Of a stretch of 59,960 nt of DNA, positions 25,341 through 38,053 are shown piece by piece (position 1 is the first letter of the stretch; each line of letters begins with the position of its first letter). Origin of the DNA: Guillardia theta CCMP2712 (Eukaryota > Protista > Cryptophyta); assembly GCF_000315625.1 (NCBI RefSeq), contig NW_005434652.1:569263-629222 (forward strand). Reading direction: 5' to 3'. The notes under the pieces were generated by a model. The model ran no database searches, was not told the DNA's origin, and was given only the letters and a program-made list of their open reading frames with translations. Made by a program: the position numbers and the translations under genes.

Positions 25341-28300
25341 TTACCACTCATCGTCGGGCGTGTACCCCAATGACGGAGGTTCCCCGTACTTGAACATGAA
25401 GACTCGATCGGACTCGTAGACTGGGATGAAAAATTTGACCCACCTGAGGGATCGCGTGATAGGCTGAAGATGAGGAAAGCAAGACGGGGAGGAGGGGAGG
25501 ATGGCGAGTGATGGGCAGGTGGAGAAGGAAGGTGGAGAGTTGTACGTGAGTTGGAGGGAGAGGCCAGGTGAGGTGGGGGGGGAGGCGGGCTTACCCATCA
25601 TCGACGCTTTGTAATGTGTCGACCCTCGCGACCGCTAGCGACCCGACGGTTCCTTCGAAGCCGAAAGTTGCGAGCAGCTGGTACTGGAAGGCAAGCTCCC
25701 GGCCTGAGCTCGTGCCTCCTCCGCGTTTCTTGACCGGGCGGAAGATGTAGGCTGCGTCTGCGCAGTCGCCGGCGACAAAGAGATGGGGTGGAAGACCTGC
25801 GGGGGTTCAGAAGAACTTGAGGGACTGCCTGCGCCCCGTCACCTTGCTGCCGCAGCGACTCGTGCGGATGAAACGGATAGACGAAGCCCGGAGCTCCCGG
25901 GTTGATGCCCACGCGCTTGACCATGAAACCTGATGAGATGGTCGTGCGTCGCCAGACAAGCTTCTCGCTCCCTCCTGACCCAACTCCCTGCTCACAAGAG
26001 CCTTACTCGCTCCCATCTCCTCGACAACCTCCCCACACTCCTCCTCCTCCTCCTCCTCCTCCCTTCGCACCTTAGCGAAAGCCGATTCGAGAATCTGCAA
26101 GACGTTGAGCCAGAGGTCCTTGCGATGCACTTGAACTTCGCGGTAAAACCGACGCATCAGCCGTTGAAACTCGTCAACGTCCAGCAGGCCTGCAGCATGT
26201 CGCGAGTCATGCGACTGGTCAGCTGCTTGCGCCTCACCGTTTCCATCCGTATCCGCCTCGATGAACAAGTTGGCGAGCTCGACGTCGGAGCACTCGATGC
26301 TGTAGGGGCTTAGTGAAAGGACGAAGGAGCAGGAGACATCAACTTCACGCACTTGAAGGTGTCAAACGCGTTTCGGATGCTAATCATGTCGACTCCGCCT
26401 GCGCTCAAACGCATTCAGATGCTGCAGTGCTGGACCTAATGGGATAGAAGCAAGCGGAAGCAACCCGATCGATCGATGTCGATGGATCGGAATATCTCAG
26501 GGATGAGCTTCTGACAGCGGCAGATGAGCGAAGGAGGCGACAGAAATTCAAAACCTTCAAGTCTTCGTCATCAAGCACCTTCTCTTCCTCCCCTTGCATC
26601 CTCGAGACTGCAAACAAGCTAAGAGGCGAGAAATGCTCCGCCTCTCCCCCACCCGCGTTCTCAAAGTTCTTGAGGGCGTTCCCGATGATCTGCAAAGGAT
26701 TGCTCCGACCTGCCCCACGTCATCCCCTATCTCGTCTCCTCCCACCTCTTACGTTGCTCGTCGAGCTCTTGGCAAAGTCGCTGAAACTCGGAAAACTCGA
26801 TCTGTCCGCTCCCATCCCAGTCGACCTCCTGCTCAATTCCATTACCTTCTCCTTCAGACTCTCCCGTCGTGTCCATGGGCCCTTCATCTGCCCCCTCTCA
26901 CGCCTTCCCTTCCCTGTCGACCTCTCGCTTCCATTTTACTCCCTGCCTTCTCCTCTGCCATCGCACCCTTCGCGCCATCTAGTTGATACAGCTTCTCTCG
27001 TCTACCTCTGCAGCTTCTCTCCTCTACCACTCCGCGACCTTCCATATCTTCCTGTTCTTCTCGGCTCACCTTCAGCATCGCCTGAATGTCGTAGTCCCGC
27101 ACCTCCAACTGCATCCTGCAGACGATACTTCAATCCACCTCACAGCCAGCAGGTCCCTCACGTCTTCAGCGCGCTCGTCAGGTCTTGAATGTCGATGCTC
27201 CCTGCTCTCTTGTCACTGCCACCATCCTCCTCCTCCTTCCGTCACCTGAGTTGTCCACATCCAGTCGCTGGAACATGGCGACGAGGTCGTTGGTGTTGAA
27301 GCTCGAGCTCCTCTCTCGACTCCGCTTCCAGTTGACGGGTATCCGATAGGCAAACAAGGAGCCTCCCTTCACCTCCTGCTCATCGTCCACCTCAAGGTCC
27401 CTGGGAGGAGGGATATTCACGCGGTAGGACCACTTGGAGCTTCGCCATGGAAGGAGCGACGAGCCTTCGCTGACCTCAGCCGTTAGATCCTCGTGGGTTG
27501 TGACGAGCAGGTGGGAGTTGGGGCCCTCCAGGTCTGCTGCCACTACACTGTACGCCTGACCGAGCTTGTCGTCAATCAGCTCCGTCTGCACCACCTTGGG
27601 CGACTTGCAAGTCTCGTCCCACCTGAGCGAGAAGAAGCTCAAGCGCTGCCGGAAGAACTCAGCCGCCACCACCTCCACCGTGTCATCCTCGGGGTCCAGG
27701 TCAACCACCTCGAACATCACGTCCGGCCCCTCCGCAAGGATCACTTCCCTCCATGGCAGGTTCCATTCCGCAAAGGGGTTCACAGTGTCAGGCTGCTCCA
27801 GCCACACCAGCTCTCCCTCCGCCTCCTGGAACGGCAGGATCGGCTTCCTCGCTCGAGCTGTCAGAACTCCCCTAGCAGAGCCAAAGTGAAGAGGAACAGC
27901 ACGGTGATAGAACCATGACTTCTTGCTCTCTGTCAACCTGTAGGCGACTTCATTCGGGCCTCCCGGATCCTTGACGATTGTCACAGAGCCATCGTTCTTG
28001 CCAGGCACCAGGAAGCCGTCGGCAACGAGGATACAAGCTTCATCCAGGCCCTTGAACTCGTCGGCTGCCACATGCTCCACAGCGTTTGGCCATAGGAATT
28101 CCGTGCTGCACTTCCTCGTCGCGTCTCGCCCTCTCACGTCGACTCCCACCACAGAGCCTGGACGTGCGAGGCCGAACCCAGTCATCCAGAGCCTCTGCAT
28201 GGTCTCGTCGGCGACAGGAGGAAGGATCTGCAGGAAGCCTGGCTTCTCATACCGCATGTTCCCCAGCACCGAGAACTGCGACGCGCGATCAGCATCGCCG

Positions 28301-28749
28301 GAGTCGAGGGAAACCCAACCGGCGTGCGAGGGCTTCTTGATGGTGTCGTTGAGAAACACATGGAAGTCGAGCTGACTCTTAGTCTGCAAGGGAAGGCGGA
28401 GGAGGCCGATGGATCCGATGTCTTTCGACATGTCTGCAGCCTCTATCTTGGTCTTGATCTGCACGTGCATCGGCGAACAGATCTGCTCCAGGTCTCCCAC
28501 AGGCTCTCGCTCGTCGCCTCCAGCTGACTGACTGGCTGCCGGCGTCGCGTCGACATCAGAGACTGCTGTCATGCACACGCGCGACCTGGGCCGCAGGTTG
28601 ACTTTCCAGCAGGGAGGAGGAGACCCTTGCAGACGTGTGCGGGGTTCCCGTACGTGGATGCTGGACAAGAACCCATCGACGTGGGTCAAATCAGTTAGTT
28701 CCACAAGTATCGCCAAGGAGAGAAATGTCCTGCCGTTGACACCTCTCAT
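25341..28749 (-). CDS. FG-GAP/VCBS-like beta-propeller protein with bipartite (plastid-type) leader and an inserted 4-EF-hand module, multi-exon
   Basis: Leader LSLAILVELTDLTHVDG|F. Propeller motifs DGFLVPGK, WFYHRA, GELVWLEQP, EGPDVMF..DLD, GSLFAYRIP, resuming after the insert as GAPGFVYPFHP, HLFVAGDCADAAYIFRP, GTVGSLAV, FFIPVYESD. Spliced EF loops DVDNSGSIDIQD, DWDGSGQIEFSE, DIDRSGGVDMIS, DTDGNGLLDVDE. Confidence 0.75.
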
Positions 28750-29484
28750 CTCGTATCATGTGCCTGCTCCATACTCCAGCCCTTCACGTGGCCACCATGT
28801 TCTCCTGTTCACATGTTCCCTTCACCGCGATGCTCGTTTCCATCCCTGCATACTATTGTAGCCGCAGGCAATCAGTTCGTAAGTTCTCCTCAAGCCGCTA
28901 AGGGCATCAGACTCAGTATCAGGTTATCTGCTATCACCATCAGAGTCAGTAGCTGAATGTCTACCATAATCATCCAGCGTTAATGTTTTCCTCCCTTTTT
29001 TTCATTTTTCCATCTTGATCTATCATCCGTAACAACCTGACTCTGATGCGCTGGACTCAATGGAGACTTCGAAAACATCTTTCTACGCATACATTTTTCT
29101 GCCTAGGACATTGAATCTCATAATTTTCTGTGCCATGATCGCATCGCAATACTCCGGCTGGAGAAGATGCAAAGGTGAATGCCTTGTGCCTTTTTGGATT
29201 TCGACATACCTCAATCCTCTCGCGCCTTTTCACATCACTCTGGTGCCTGCTCTGACTTTTCTCACTCCTCAGACACTGCCTCCTCTTCCCATTGCTCCTG
29301 GCTATCCCCTCCCTCTACCACCATCGCCTCTACCACCATCGCCTCTACCTCGTCGATTGCTGCACCTCCCCCCATTCTCCGCCTGCTTATAACATTTTAC
29401 AAGTTTTTAAAACCGTTAAAACGTTACAACCAGTTTTCCTTGTACCATTCTGTAACGGTCAGTGCGCGCGCGAAGCCATGTCTG

Positions 29485-30010
29485 GAGGAAGGGACGAAGA
29501 GGAGAAGGAGGGAGAGGAGAGGGACGAAGAGGAGAGGGACGAAGAGGAGAGGGAGGGAGAGGAGAGGGAAAACAAGGGGGAGATAAGAGAAGGAGAGAGG
29601 GGGAGACAAAGCGACTACAGGATAGGAGATCAGAGGAGAGCAGAGGAAGGCAGAGGTGTATTACGGAGGAGAGGGGAGAGAGCAGAGCAGGGCAAAGGAT
29701 ACGGAAGTAGAAGGATAAGAGGCGAGGCGAGGAGAGAGGAGAGGAGAGGCAAAAAGAAGAGAGCAACAAACGCATAAGTGGGAGACGAGACGGGAAGGGA
29801 CGAGAAGAGAAATGTAGAGGGCAGGGCAGGGCAAAGGAGAAGAGAGCAGCTTAGAAAGTGATTAGAGAGGTGGGAAGCAAAGGCAAGGGAAAGAGAAGAG
29901 AAGCGATGGGTACCAGAGAGAAGGAATGAAAGTTGGGATATGACAAAGGGAAGGGAGTCTAGTGATCCTAAAGAGGAGGGTCGAATGGAGGAACAGGTGG
30001 GAATGAAGGG
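29485..30010 (+). repeat. Purine-rich (GA) low-complexity intergenic tract
   Basis: Almost entirely G/A, including GAGGAGAGGGACGAAGAG-type units. Confidence 0.8.
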
Positions 30011-30209
30011 AATCAGACGTAGCAGTTGTTGGATTCATTCACTTGATTAGACACTCAGATCAAGGACGTTTGCATGAATGAAGTGTGACGATTTGCGTTC
30101 CATTATAGGTTTAGGGTCCGTCATTTGATTGCGTGATCAACTGCCTTGATTGTGATGTGGCAAACTGCATCTTTTTGAGATACCAAGTTTGCTACATTCA
30201 AACGTAAAC

Positions 30210-32265
30210 ATGTCTGATGGCCTGGACGCTAGTCTGAAACGCGAGACGGAGCTGAGAAAGATTGTGCTTGCTTGGCTCAACAAAAAGGGTTACAAGGAAG
30301 TTGAAGAGGCTTTCAAGAAAGAAGCCGAACTCAATGGAAATGAGCCGCTAGAAGAATTTGCCTTTCGAAGAGGTCTTGAGAACGACTTCTGTATCAGAAA
30401 TTATATTTTGCAATGGGGAATGGAAGACACAAGGGCCTTGAGATATGAAGAATGCTATGTTGAATTGAGAGAATGGATCTTGAAGTTGTTGGAAGACTTG
30501 AAAAATGAACTGGCTGAGCTTCTTTATCCCTTGTTTGTACATTGCTACCTCGATTTGATGTCTAAGCAGTATACGGCAGAAGCAAGAGATTTGCTTGCGC
30601 ATTGCAGACATGAGCATGAACCAGAACATGCCGAGGAAATCACATGTCTGGGTAACATACTGGATGGATCAACCTTGGATACCAATCCAATCGCAATCAA
30701 GTATATGCAGACTGCAAAGGCCAAGGTCTATCTGTGTCATGAATCAGATAAGCTGCTTACAGAATTTCTGCACAATCGCAGATTGAACATTCTTGTTAGA
30801 CTGATTAATCAGTACATTGATATAATCATTTATGGTTCTACAGTCCATGATATCGCACCTCAAATGAGGTTGAAGCAATGCGAAGAGGCTGATTCCGCCA
30901 TGATCGGAGTGAAGAGGAAGCCGTTGAGGTGGGCTGAAGTGGCCGAGGAGAGCATCGTTCGCAGAGAATCAAGACGAGCTCGAGCCGCCATGCAGGAATC
31001 TAGAAGCAACACTGGGGACGCCATGCAGGAATCTAGAAGCAACACTGGGGACGCCATGGAGCAAGATGAACAAGAGGATCCTTCAAAGAGTGAGGCCCAA
31101 GGTGTTGAAGAATTACCTCAGTTGAGCGATGAGATGGAAGCTCGGATTTTGTCGGACTTGAAGAAAAGGGTGAATGTCTCCAAAGGCGCACTGCCTTCAA
31201 TCTGCTGCTACACACTATTCAATTGCCGTGACGCGCTCACTTGCATGAATATTTCACATGATGCTTCAATAGTCGCTGCTGGGATGTCAGACTCGCGGAT
31301 CAAGGTATGGAGAGCGGGCACCACGACTGAGAGAGACGTGCAAGACAAGAGTGCAGCAGATGCGCTGCGCAATGGTAGTCCCCTTATGCAAGACTCCGTT
31401 CTTGTAGGACACTCGGGACCAATCTACTCCACGTCGATCAGTCCCGACAATCGCTACATCCTCTCGTGCTCGGAAGACAAATCAGTCCGGCTCTGGCAAG
31501 CGTCTTCGGGTCAAAACCTCGTCACATACAGGGGTCACAACTTTCCCGTTTGGGACGTCGCGTGGAGTCCTCTGGGACATTACTTCGCGACAGCATCACA
31601 TGACAGGACCGCGCGCATTTGGAGCACTGACCACATCTACCCGTTGAGAATTCTTGCAGGTCACTTGTCGTCTGTCGATCACGTTGTCTTCCATCCCAAC
31701 TGCAATTATGTAGCCACCGGCTCTGTCGACAAGACGTGCAGGCTATGGGACATCACGCATGGCGAGTGCGTTCGGCTCTTCAAGGGTCATCGATCGCCTA
31801 TCTCCTGCTTGGCCATCTCCCCGTGCGGGAAGTTGCTGGCCTCTGGCTCAGACAGCGGTGAGCTTCTGGTCTGGGACATGGCGAGCAGCAAGTGCATTTT
31901 CGAGTTGCCTGGTCACGAAGGAGGCGTCCTGTCGGCAGAGTTTAGCTGTGGGGAAGGGAGCCTCCTCGCTTCTGGAGGTCAGGATTGTACAGTCCGCCTG
32001 TGGGACATGACGCAGGCGAATCAGTCCAAGGGTAAGGGTGCGAGTTTGAGAGCGACACTGACTTCCCTCCAGTAAAGTTGCCGGTGGAGAGCAGCGGAAG
32101 CGACGCCATGGCGAGGCAGATAAAGGTCAGGAGCACTGAATGGTTGATGCAACTGACAGAGGCATGAAGGTGTTGCATACGAGGTCGACGAGCATGATGA
32201 CCGTCCGCTTCAGTCGGACGAACCTCCTGCTGGTCGGGGGTTCTTACACGCCAACGCCAGGCTGA
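30210..32265 (+). CDS. TAF5: TFIID subunit 5 (LisH-like, NTD2, WD40 repeats)
   Basis: IVLAWLNKKGYKEVEEAFKKEA; ELAELLYPLFVHCYLDL; LPSICCYTLFN; GHNFPVWDV.WSPLGHYFATASHDRTARIWSTDHIYPLRILAGHLS.V..V.FHPNCNYVATGS. Last exon ends FSRTNLLLVGG. Introns 32032-32072 and 32116-32159. Confidence 0.93.
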
Positions 32266-32341
32266 GCAGTGGGGACTTTAGACATGTCTCCCCTACAAGG
32301 AGAAGTAGAACATAATGAATACACTTGCATCGCCTCACTGC

Positions 32342-35300
32342 TCAGCTTTTCCCTTCCAGTCTCTTGACCAGCGCGTTTACGTAGCGCACAGTGTTCACGT
32401 CGCTGTTAGAGGCGTTAGAGAGCTCAAGGAGTAGGAGGTGAACCTGGAGAAGCGAAGCTCTTGCAGCCGATCGCTGAGCTGCGACGCGCTGGATGGAAGT
32501 TAGACCTAGCCGCTTCCTCGCCTTCTACCTGTAGATGTATCCTCCGTTGCTGATCAGCTCCCTGCCCCACGCGTCCGCTGCCAAGCTGCGCAGCGCCCCT
32601 GCAGAGGATCAGCAGGAGCGAAGGCGACGACAGAAGGTAGAAGACGATGCAAGGAGTATGCGCGGCGAAGCAAGCAAGAGTGCGAAGAGAAGGAGAGGAA
32701 GAGGCCACCTGTTGTGAAGCGAAGGGTCTTGACGTACTTGATCTCATCGAACCACAAGAATCTCAAGAGCTGCTGAACCATTCCTCCCCTGCAAGCAGCT
32801 GGTCAGGCATGGTGAGACAAGTGAAAGCAACAACTGGGCCAGGATGAGCTTCCTCCCCGTCGAGTTGATCAGCAGGTTCCCAATGAGCATCAGAAGGTGG
32901 CTGGGGAGCGATCAGACGGCGGAGGAGCAGGCGGAGACTTACAAGTGGATGCTGCTGCCCTCGTCCGACGGGTTGCTTTCCTCGCTCAACATCTTGGAGA
33001 TGATATGCAGAGCAGCATGCTGGGACTGCAGCTGCTGCACGATCGCTTCCCGCCCTGCAACGTCCGCTGCTATGAACGCCAAGTTTCTCACCACCTGCCT
33101 CGCAAAATTCGAGCGCGACCCTGCTCCCTCTCCGCACAGCACACGCACAAGCGCCTCCACGCTCGTAGGGGAAAGAACCTCACGCCCCTCCACCTCTCCG
33201 CTGCCAGCAGAAGAAGCATAACGCATGATGAGCTCCTCCACGGCCGTCAAGATCGTCTGAAGCTCCCGATCCCGCAACGGCTCGTCTGCTGCGAGCAGCG
33301 CGATCATGGTGCCGATAAGCGACTGCGAGCTCTGCTCTCCTCCAGCTGCTGATCCTGCAGGTAAGGATGCCATGCGACCGTTCGAGTCGCCAGCAGCTTC
33401 GCTCTCAGCATGGGGAGGACAGCTGGGAACGGCTTCAGCCTGTTGGCGCTCGTCAGCTGGATACAGAAAGAACAAGGACACCTCTTCCATGACCTGCTCG
33501 TGCGTCTGCTGTGCTCCTGAGGAGACGTGAGTTTTTGTCAAGTTCCTCTCGATGTCACCTAGGATCAGTGGCGAGTGCGGCGAGCTTGCTTCTCTTGTCT
33601 CGTGCTCGCTTCTCTTCGACGCGTCTAGAGCTGCTGCTGCCTGTCGGAGGACGGGAGACCCCGTGATGACATCACCGGGAGGGCGATGAAGCTGAGGAAC
33701 AAGGAGAGAGGAGGCGCTGGGGAAAGGAGAGATCTCCATGTTGGCTGCAGGTTGCGGCTTCAGAGCTTGTTGCTCACCAAGAAGCAAACTGGCAGATGCC
33801 ATCCTTCCAAATTGTCCCGACAAGCTCGCGGAGGATGGGAAGGGAGATATTTCTAGCATGTGTCCCTGGGGCTGGATGATAGGAGGAGGCATCGGGTACC
33901 TCAGCAACGCCTCCCGTCCATCGCTTCCGCCTCCAGTGGAACTTGCCAGCGAGCTAACGCTAGGCAAGAGATCTCCTCCGTCTCTTGCGCTCAAGTGATG
34001 AGGAAAGTTTCCCACAGAGGAGCCTGTAGAGGGGAAGGGAGAGGGAGCCACATCGTCGCCATCCCTGGCTGGCTGCAACTTCACTCCCTGCGGCAAGCCT
34101 CGCTGCCATGCGTTCGTCGGAAGCCCCTGGATGAGCGAGTCTGTGCTAGAGGGAGGAGCTGGATCCCCCGAGCCCACCTGCTTCTCTTCCTCTTGCTGCT
34201 CAGATTCTGTGCTCCAGACTGGATTGACAAGCCCGCGATTGGAGCCCATCCTCCATAGAGCTCGAGCCGACGAGGGAGGAGAAGAAGTCGAGTCAAGAGA
34301 AATAGGAAAGTCAAGCACAGGTTTGGCTTCTGGAAGGGAGCAGAGAAGTTGCCCATAAGACGAGGGGGGCGTGGAGGATCGCATCATTGTCTTCCCATAG
34401 TTGTCCTCACCCTGAACTTCGCCTTTACTTCTCTCGCGTGCCAGCCCTCCCAAATCGTTAATCTGCTCTGCTGGCTGCGGAGGGTCCGGCAGACAGTCTT
34501 GGCTGCTGTCATTGCTGGATGAGGAGTTGCTGACGGAAGGAGCCGTGTCGTCCTCGTTTGTCGGAGCATCCTCGTTGTTTGTGTAGGTGATCGTTCCTGC
34601 TGCTGTGACGTGCTCTTCACACTCCGAGACATCTTCCTCCCCTCCAACACCCTTCCACCAGCTCCCATTCTCTGCACAACCGCTATGACCGGCATGACCC
34701 AGCAGAGAGAATCTTGCCGAACCATTCGCCGACATCCCCTTGGGTTTCCAACGCTCTTGCTCAGTAGAAGGAGAGATTGAAAGCTTATTCACAGGCGCGC
34801 CAACCTTCAGTTCTGAGGACGAAGATTTGCTTCCATCCGAGCTTCCAGATGAAGACACATGCCCTGCAAAGCAGTCCTCCTCTTGTCTTTCTCGCGAGTT
34901 TGTCGATGCGCTGGGATTAGCCTGAGGGTCTTGTAGTGCTCGAGTCGTAAGGCTAGCAGCATGCCCTTGCTTGTCTCTCCCTGGTTCGTCCAGCCTTGAC
35001 AGAAGTCGGTCTCCAGTGCCCACATCCCACGAGTACCCGCGTTTGTGCAGCCCCGGTCTGCTCATTATGCTCTCCTGCTCTCCTGCATCCTGGTAGGACC
35101 TGTGAAGCGATCGCTTTGGATCAGGGATGGGGGAGACCGGAGAGAAGCTATCTCTCTGTCCTTGCCGCGGCTCTTGAGGGTCGGACGCATTCGAGTTCTC
35201 GTCGTTTCTCCATGAGTCTGACAAGTTGAGTTGCCGATGAGCTTGTCTTGTCTGCTTGCTCAAGTCAGATCATTCGTCTACTCAATAAAGAAGCTGACAT

Positions 35301-36299
35301 CCACCTGAAAGTTCTTCAAAGCAGACTCCAGTCTCTTCCTCCCGTCTTGGCGTCTCTTTCTCCCCTCCTGGCTCAATCTTTCTTCTGGGCTCCCCTGCTC
35401 TCGGAGCTGATCGGCTCTTTCAGCGAGCTGAGAATTGAAGGAATGAGGATGTAAGATCGAAGATGAATCAATGATGGACACGTTGTTCACTCGCTCTTTC
35501 TGAAGACTATCCAAGTGATCCCTCATCTTCCAACATGTCAACGACTCCAAGTACCTCACCCTCTTCTCACCTGCATGAGCTGCAAATTCGCAGAGTCTCT
35601 TTCGGCTTTCAGCTGGGACACCAACGCCTCTGCTGCCATTCTCTGCTGTCGTTCATCAGCTTCTGCTCGTTCAGCCCACCTGAATGACTAGATGAGAGTG
35701 CTCCAGATAGGAGAGTCCTCAACTCACCGCAGAGCTTCTCGTGCTCTCCTCAACTTTAGAGCAAGAGCCTCGGGGCTTGTGCGAGGGTTGCTCTTCAATT
35801 CTATCCACACAGACTCTTCTAGCACCATTCGCTCTTGTAGCTGGGAGATCCTCGCTTGCAATAGTGCTTCCCTCTGTGCGGAGAGGTCAAGCTGGTGCTG
35901 CAGTTGATCTCTCTGCTCTTTGAGCCCTTGCTCTATTGCTGCTGCGACTTGTTGAACCCGTCGGAGCTTGGACTTGGAGTCTTCATCCACCTCACCTGAA
36001 GCGTTGGAAGCGCCTGCCATCACAAACCGACTAGGAGTGGAGGGCAGCGACACATTGAGAATGGAGAAGTTTCTAGCGGATGGCCCGTTGGTTGCGTTGG
36101 GAGCAAACATGTACCTGTCAGCATCCCCTCCAAGCTTCAACCGCACACCCGGGCTGAGAAACTCGGGAATTTGATCCATCGGCTTGCTGCTGGTGGGATT
36201 CGTTTCGTCGTTGGAGGCAAAGATGCGGTCCCCGGCTCTGCGGAGGTATTGGAAGGCGCTCGGTTTCACATGCTCTGAGTCCTGGGGTCTTGAATTCAT
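32342..36299 (-). CDS. Uncharacterized multi-exon protein: N-terminal coiled coil, long S/P-rich disordered middle, ARM-like helical C-terminus
   Basis: ORFs 35724-36299, 35278-35559 and 32939-35263 plus short exons ending VRYVNALVKRLEGKS*. C-terminal helices such as VEALVRVL..ARQVVRNLAFIAA..GREAIVQ. Confidence 0.6.
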
Positions 36300-36461
36300 T
36301 GCGGCAGGGGGGGNNNNNNNNNNNNNNNNNNNNNNNNNNNNNNNNNNNNNNNNNNNNNNNNNNNNNNNNNNNNNNNNNNNNNNNNNNNNNNNNNNNNNNN
36401 NNNNNNNNNNNNNGGTTGACGCCTTAAACACAGATACATGATGGGTAATCTGCCAGGCTGA

Positions 36462-37030
36462 ATGGCAAGATGCGGGGGCACTGAAAGGGAGAGGTGAGTG
36501 AGCAGACTGCTGTCTGCATTGCACCAGGGACACACACACATGGCATGTTATACCGTTTGACACCCTTGGGATCAGCGGAGAAAGGTTCGGACTGAAGCGT
36601 CAAATCTTCGTTCCAGGGCAGATCAAGGTTACACGAGTAGACGCCCGTAAGGACCCAGCTGGACTCTCCTCCACTCCTCTGACCGAGCTGGGAATCTGTC
36701 ATAGGGAGGGAGGGAGGGAGGGAGGGGGGCCAGGTCAGGAAGCAGGAGAAACGGTCCTTGGTACAAACGAGAGCGACATTTCAAGCTCGCTTGTACCTGG
36801 CCGAGTAAAAATCAGCATGCAAACCGTGTCTGCTTGTCGCCTCGAAAGGCTAGCATGTCACTTTGACGACACTATGTCTACTCATCTATCCGCGTTGCTG
36901 ATGTTTTGTCTGATCCTAGTCAACGTAAAGACCATGCTCACCTGTTTGCTAAGCCAGGACTAAACCAACAAGATCCCATTGCAACTGACATCATCAATAG
37001 AAAACGGGAACTGGATGAATTAGATAAATA
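36462..37030 (+). CDS. Possible 3' portion of an uncharacterized multi-exon gene whose 5' end is in the 100-N gap (36314-36413)
   Basis: Spliceable exons give DTHTWHVIPFDTLGISGERFGLKRQIFVPGQIKVTRVDA-RETVLGTNESDISSSLVPGR and a last exon DHAHLFAKPGLNQQDPIATDIINRKRELDELDK*. No family recognised. Confidence 0.4.
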
Positions 37031-37249
37031 AAGATATCAAATCGTATGTCAAACAGAATGTGAATCTCAGATCAGTATCAACCAGGCATCTTTCATGACC
37101 GTGATATTTTGTCGCTTTCAGAAGAATGTTTTCTCTGAATTATGTCCTAGCACGCCAAATCATGTTTGACTGGTTGGATTTCTTCTAACTCGAAGTTTTT
37201 TTATCTCTAGCAAATTTGTACCTTCTCGCTGGAATCCCTCTCTTCTTTC

Positions 37250-37685
37250 CACTCCTCCCCCTCCTCCTCCCCCTCCTCCTCCCCCTCCTCCTCCCCCTCC
37301 TCCTCCCCCTCCTCCTCCCCCTCCCGTCCCCCCTCCCCCGCACCCTCCCCCCCACCCTCCCCCGCACCCTCCCCCTCCCCCCTTCGCTTCCCGCTCCCTT
37401 TCCCATGAGATGCCCAGTAAAAATTCTCCCTGGTGCGGGCCTGGACGATGATGGAGGGGTGAGGGTCCCATGGTGTAGGTGTGACAATGCCGCTAGTTTG
37501 CGGTCGCAACAAAGAGGTACGAGGAGAGGAGAGGAGAGGAGAGGAGAGGAGAGGAGAGGAGAGGAGAGGAGAGGAGAGGAGAGGAGAGGATAGGAGGCAG
37601 AGGAGAGGAGAGGAGAGGAGAGGAGAGGAGAGGAGGGGAGGGGAGGGGAGGGGAGAGGAGGGGAGAGGAGAGGAGATGAGGAAGA
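37250..37685. repeat. (CCCCTCCTCCTC)n tract followed by (GAGGA)n pentamer tract
   Basis: 37250-37385 pyrimidine repeat; 37520-37685 GAGGA repeat. Confidence 0.9.
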
Positions 37686-38053
37686 GTAGCTATGACACAG
37701 GGCAGAGGAACAGTCGGAGGGTGAGTAAGGGGTAGATGCAAAAGGAAGGGGAGGGGAGGGAAAGATGGCGACCGGGAGAGATTATCCATGGGAGAATGCT
37801 AAGAGAGACAGTGATGAAAGACAGAATGAAGGAGGCAAAGGAAAATCGAGCAGATGGGTCGGAAGATATTTGATCCATCTGTTCCTGTTCTTCTTTTGGT
37901 TCCCAAACAATGGTCGCTTGTTGGTACAGGGACTCGGTAATTACCCTGTTTATTTGACTTTGTTACAATGCACTTCCACTCACCAGCATTGGACTAGATG
38001 GTTGTGTTGTTTCTAGTTCATTCACTGTTGCACAGGCAGACGGCTTATTAGCG

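Noticed and set aside
29060-29777. Short ORFs between the propeller gene and TAF5
   Set aside because: Low-complexity purine/pyrimidine tracts with no recognisable domain.
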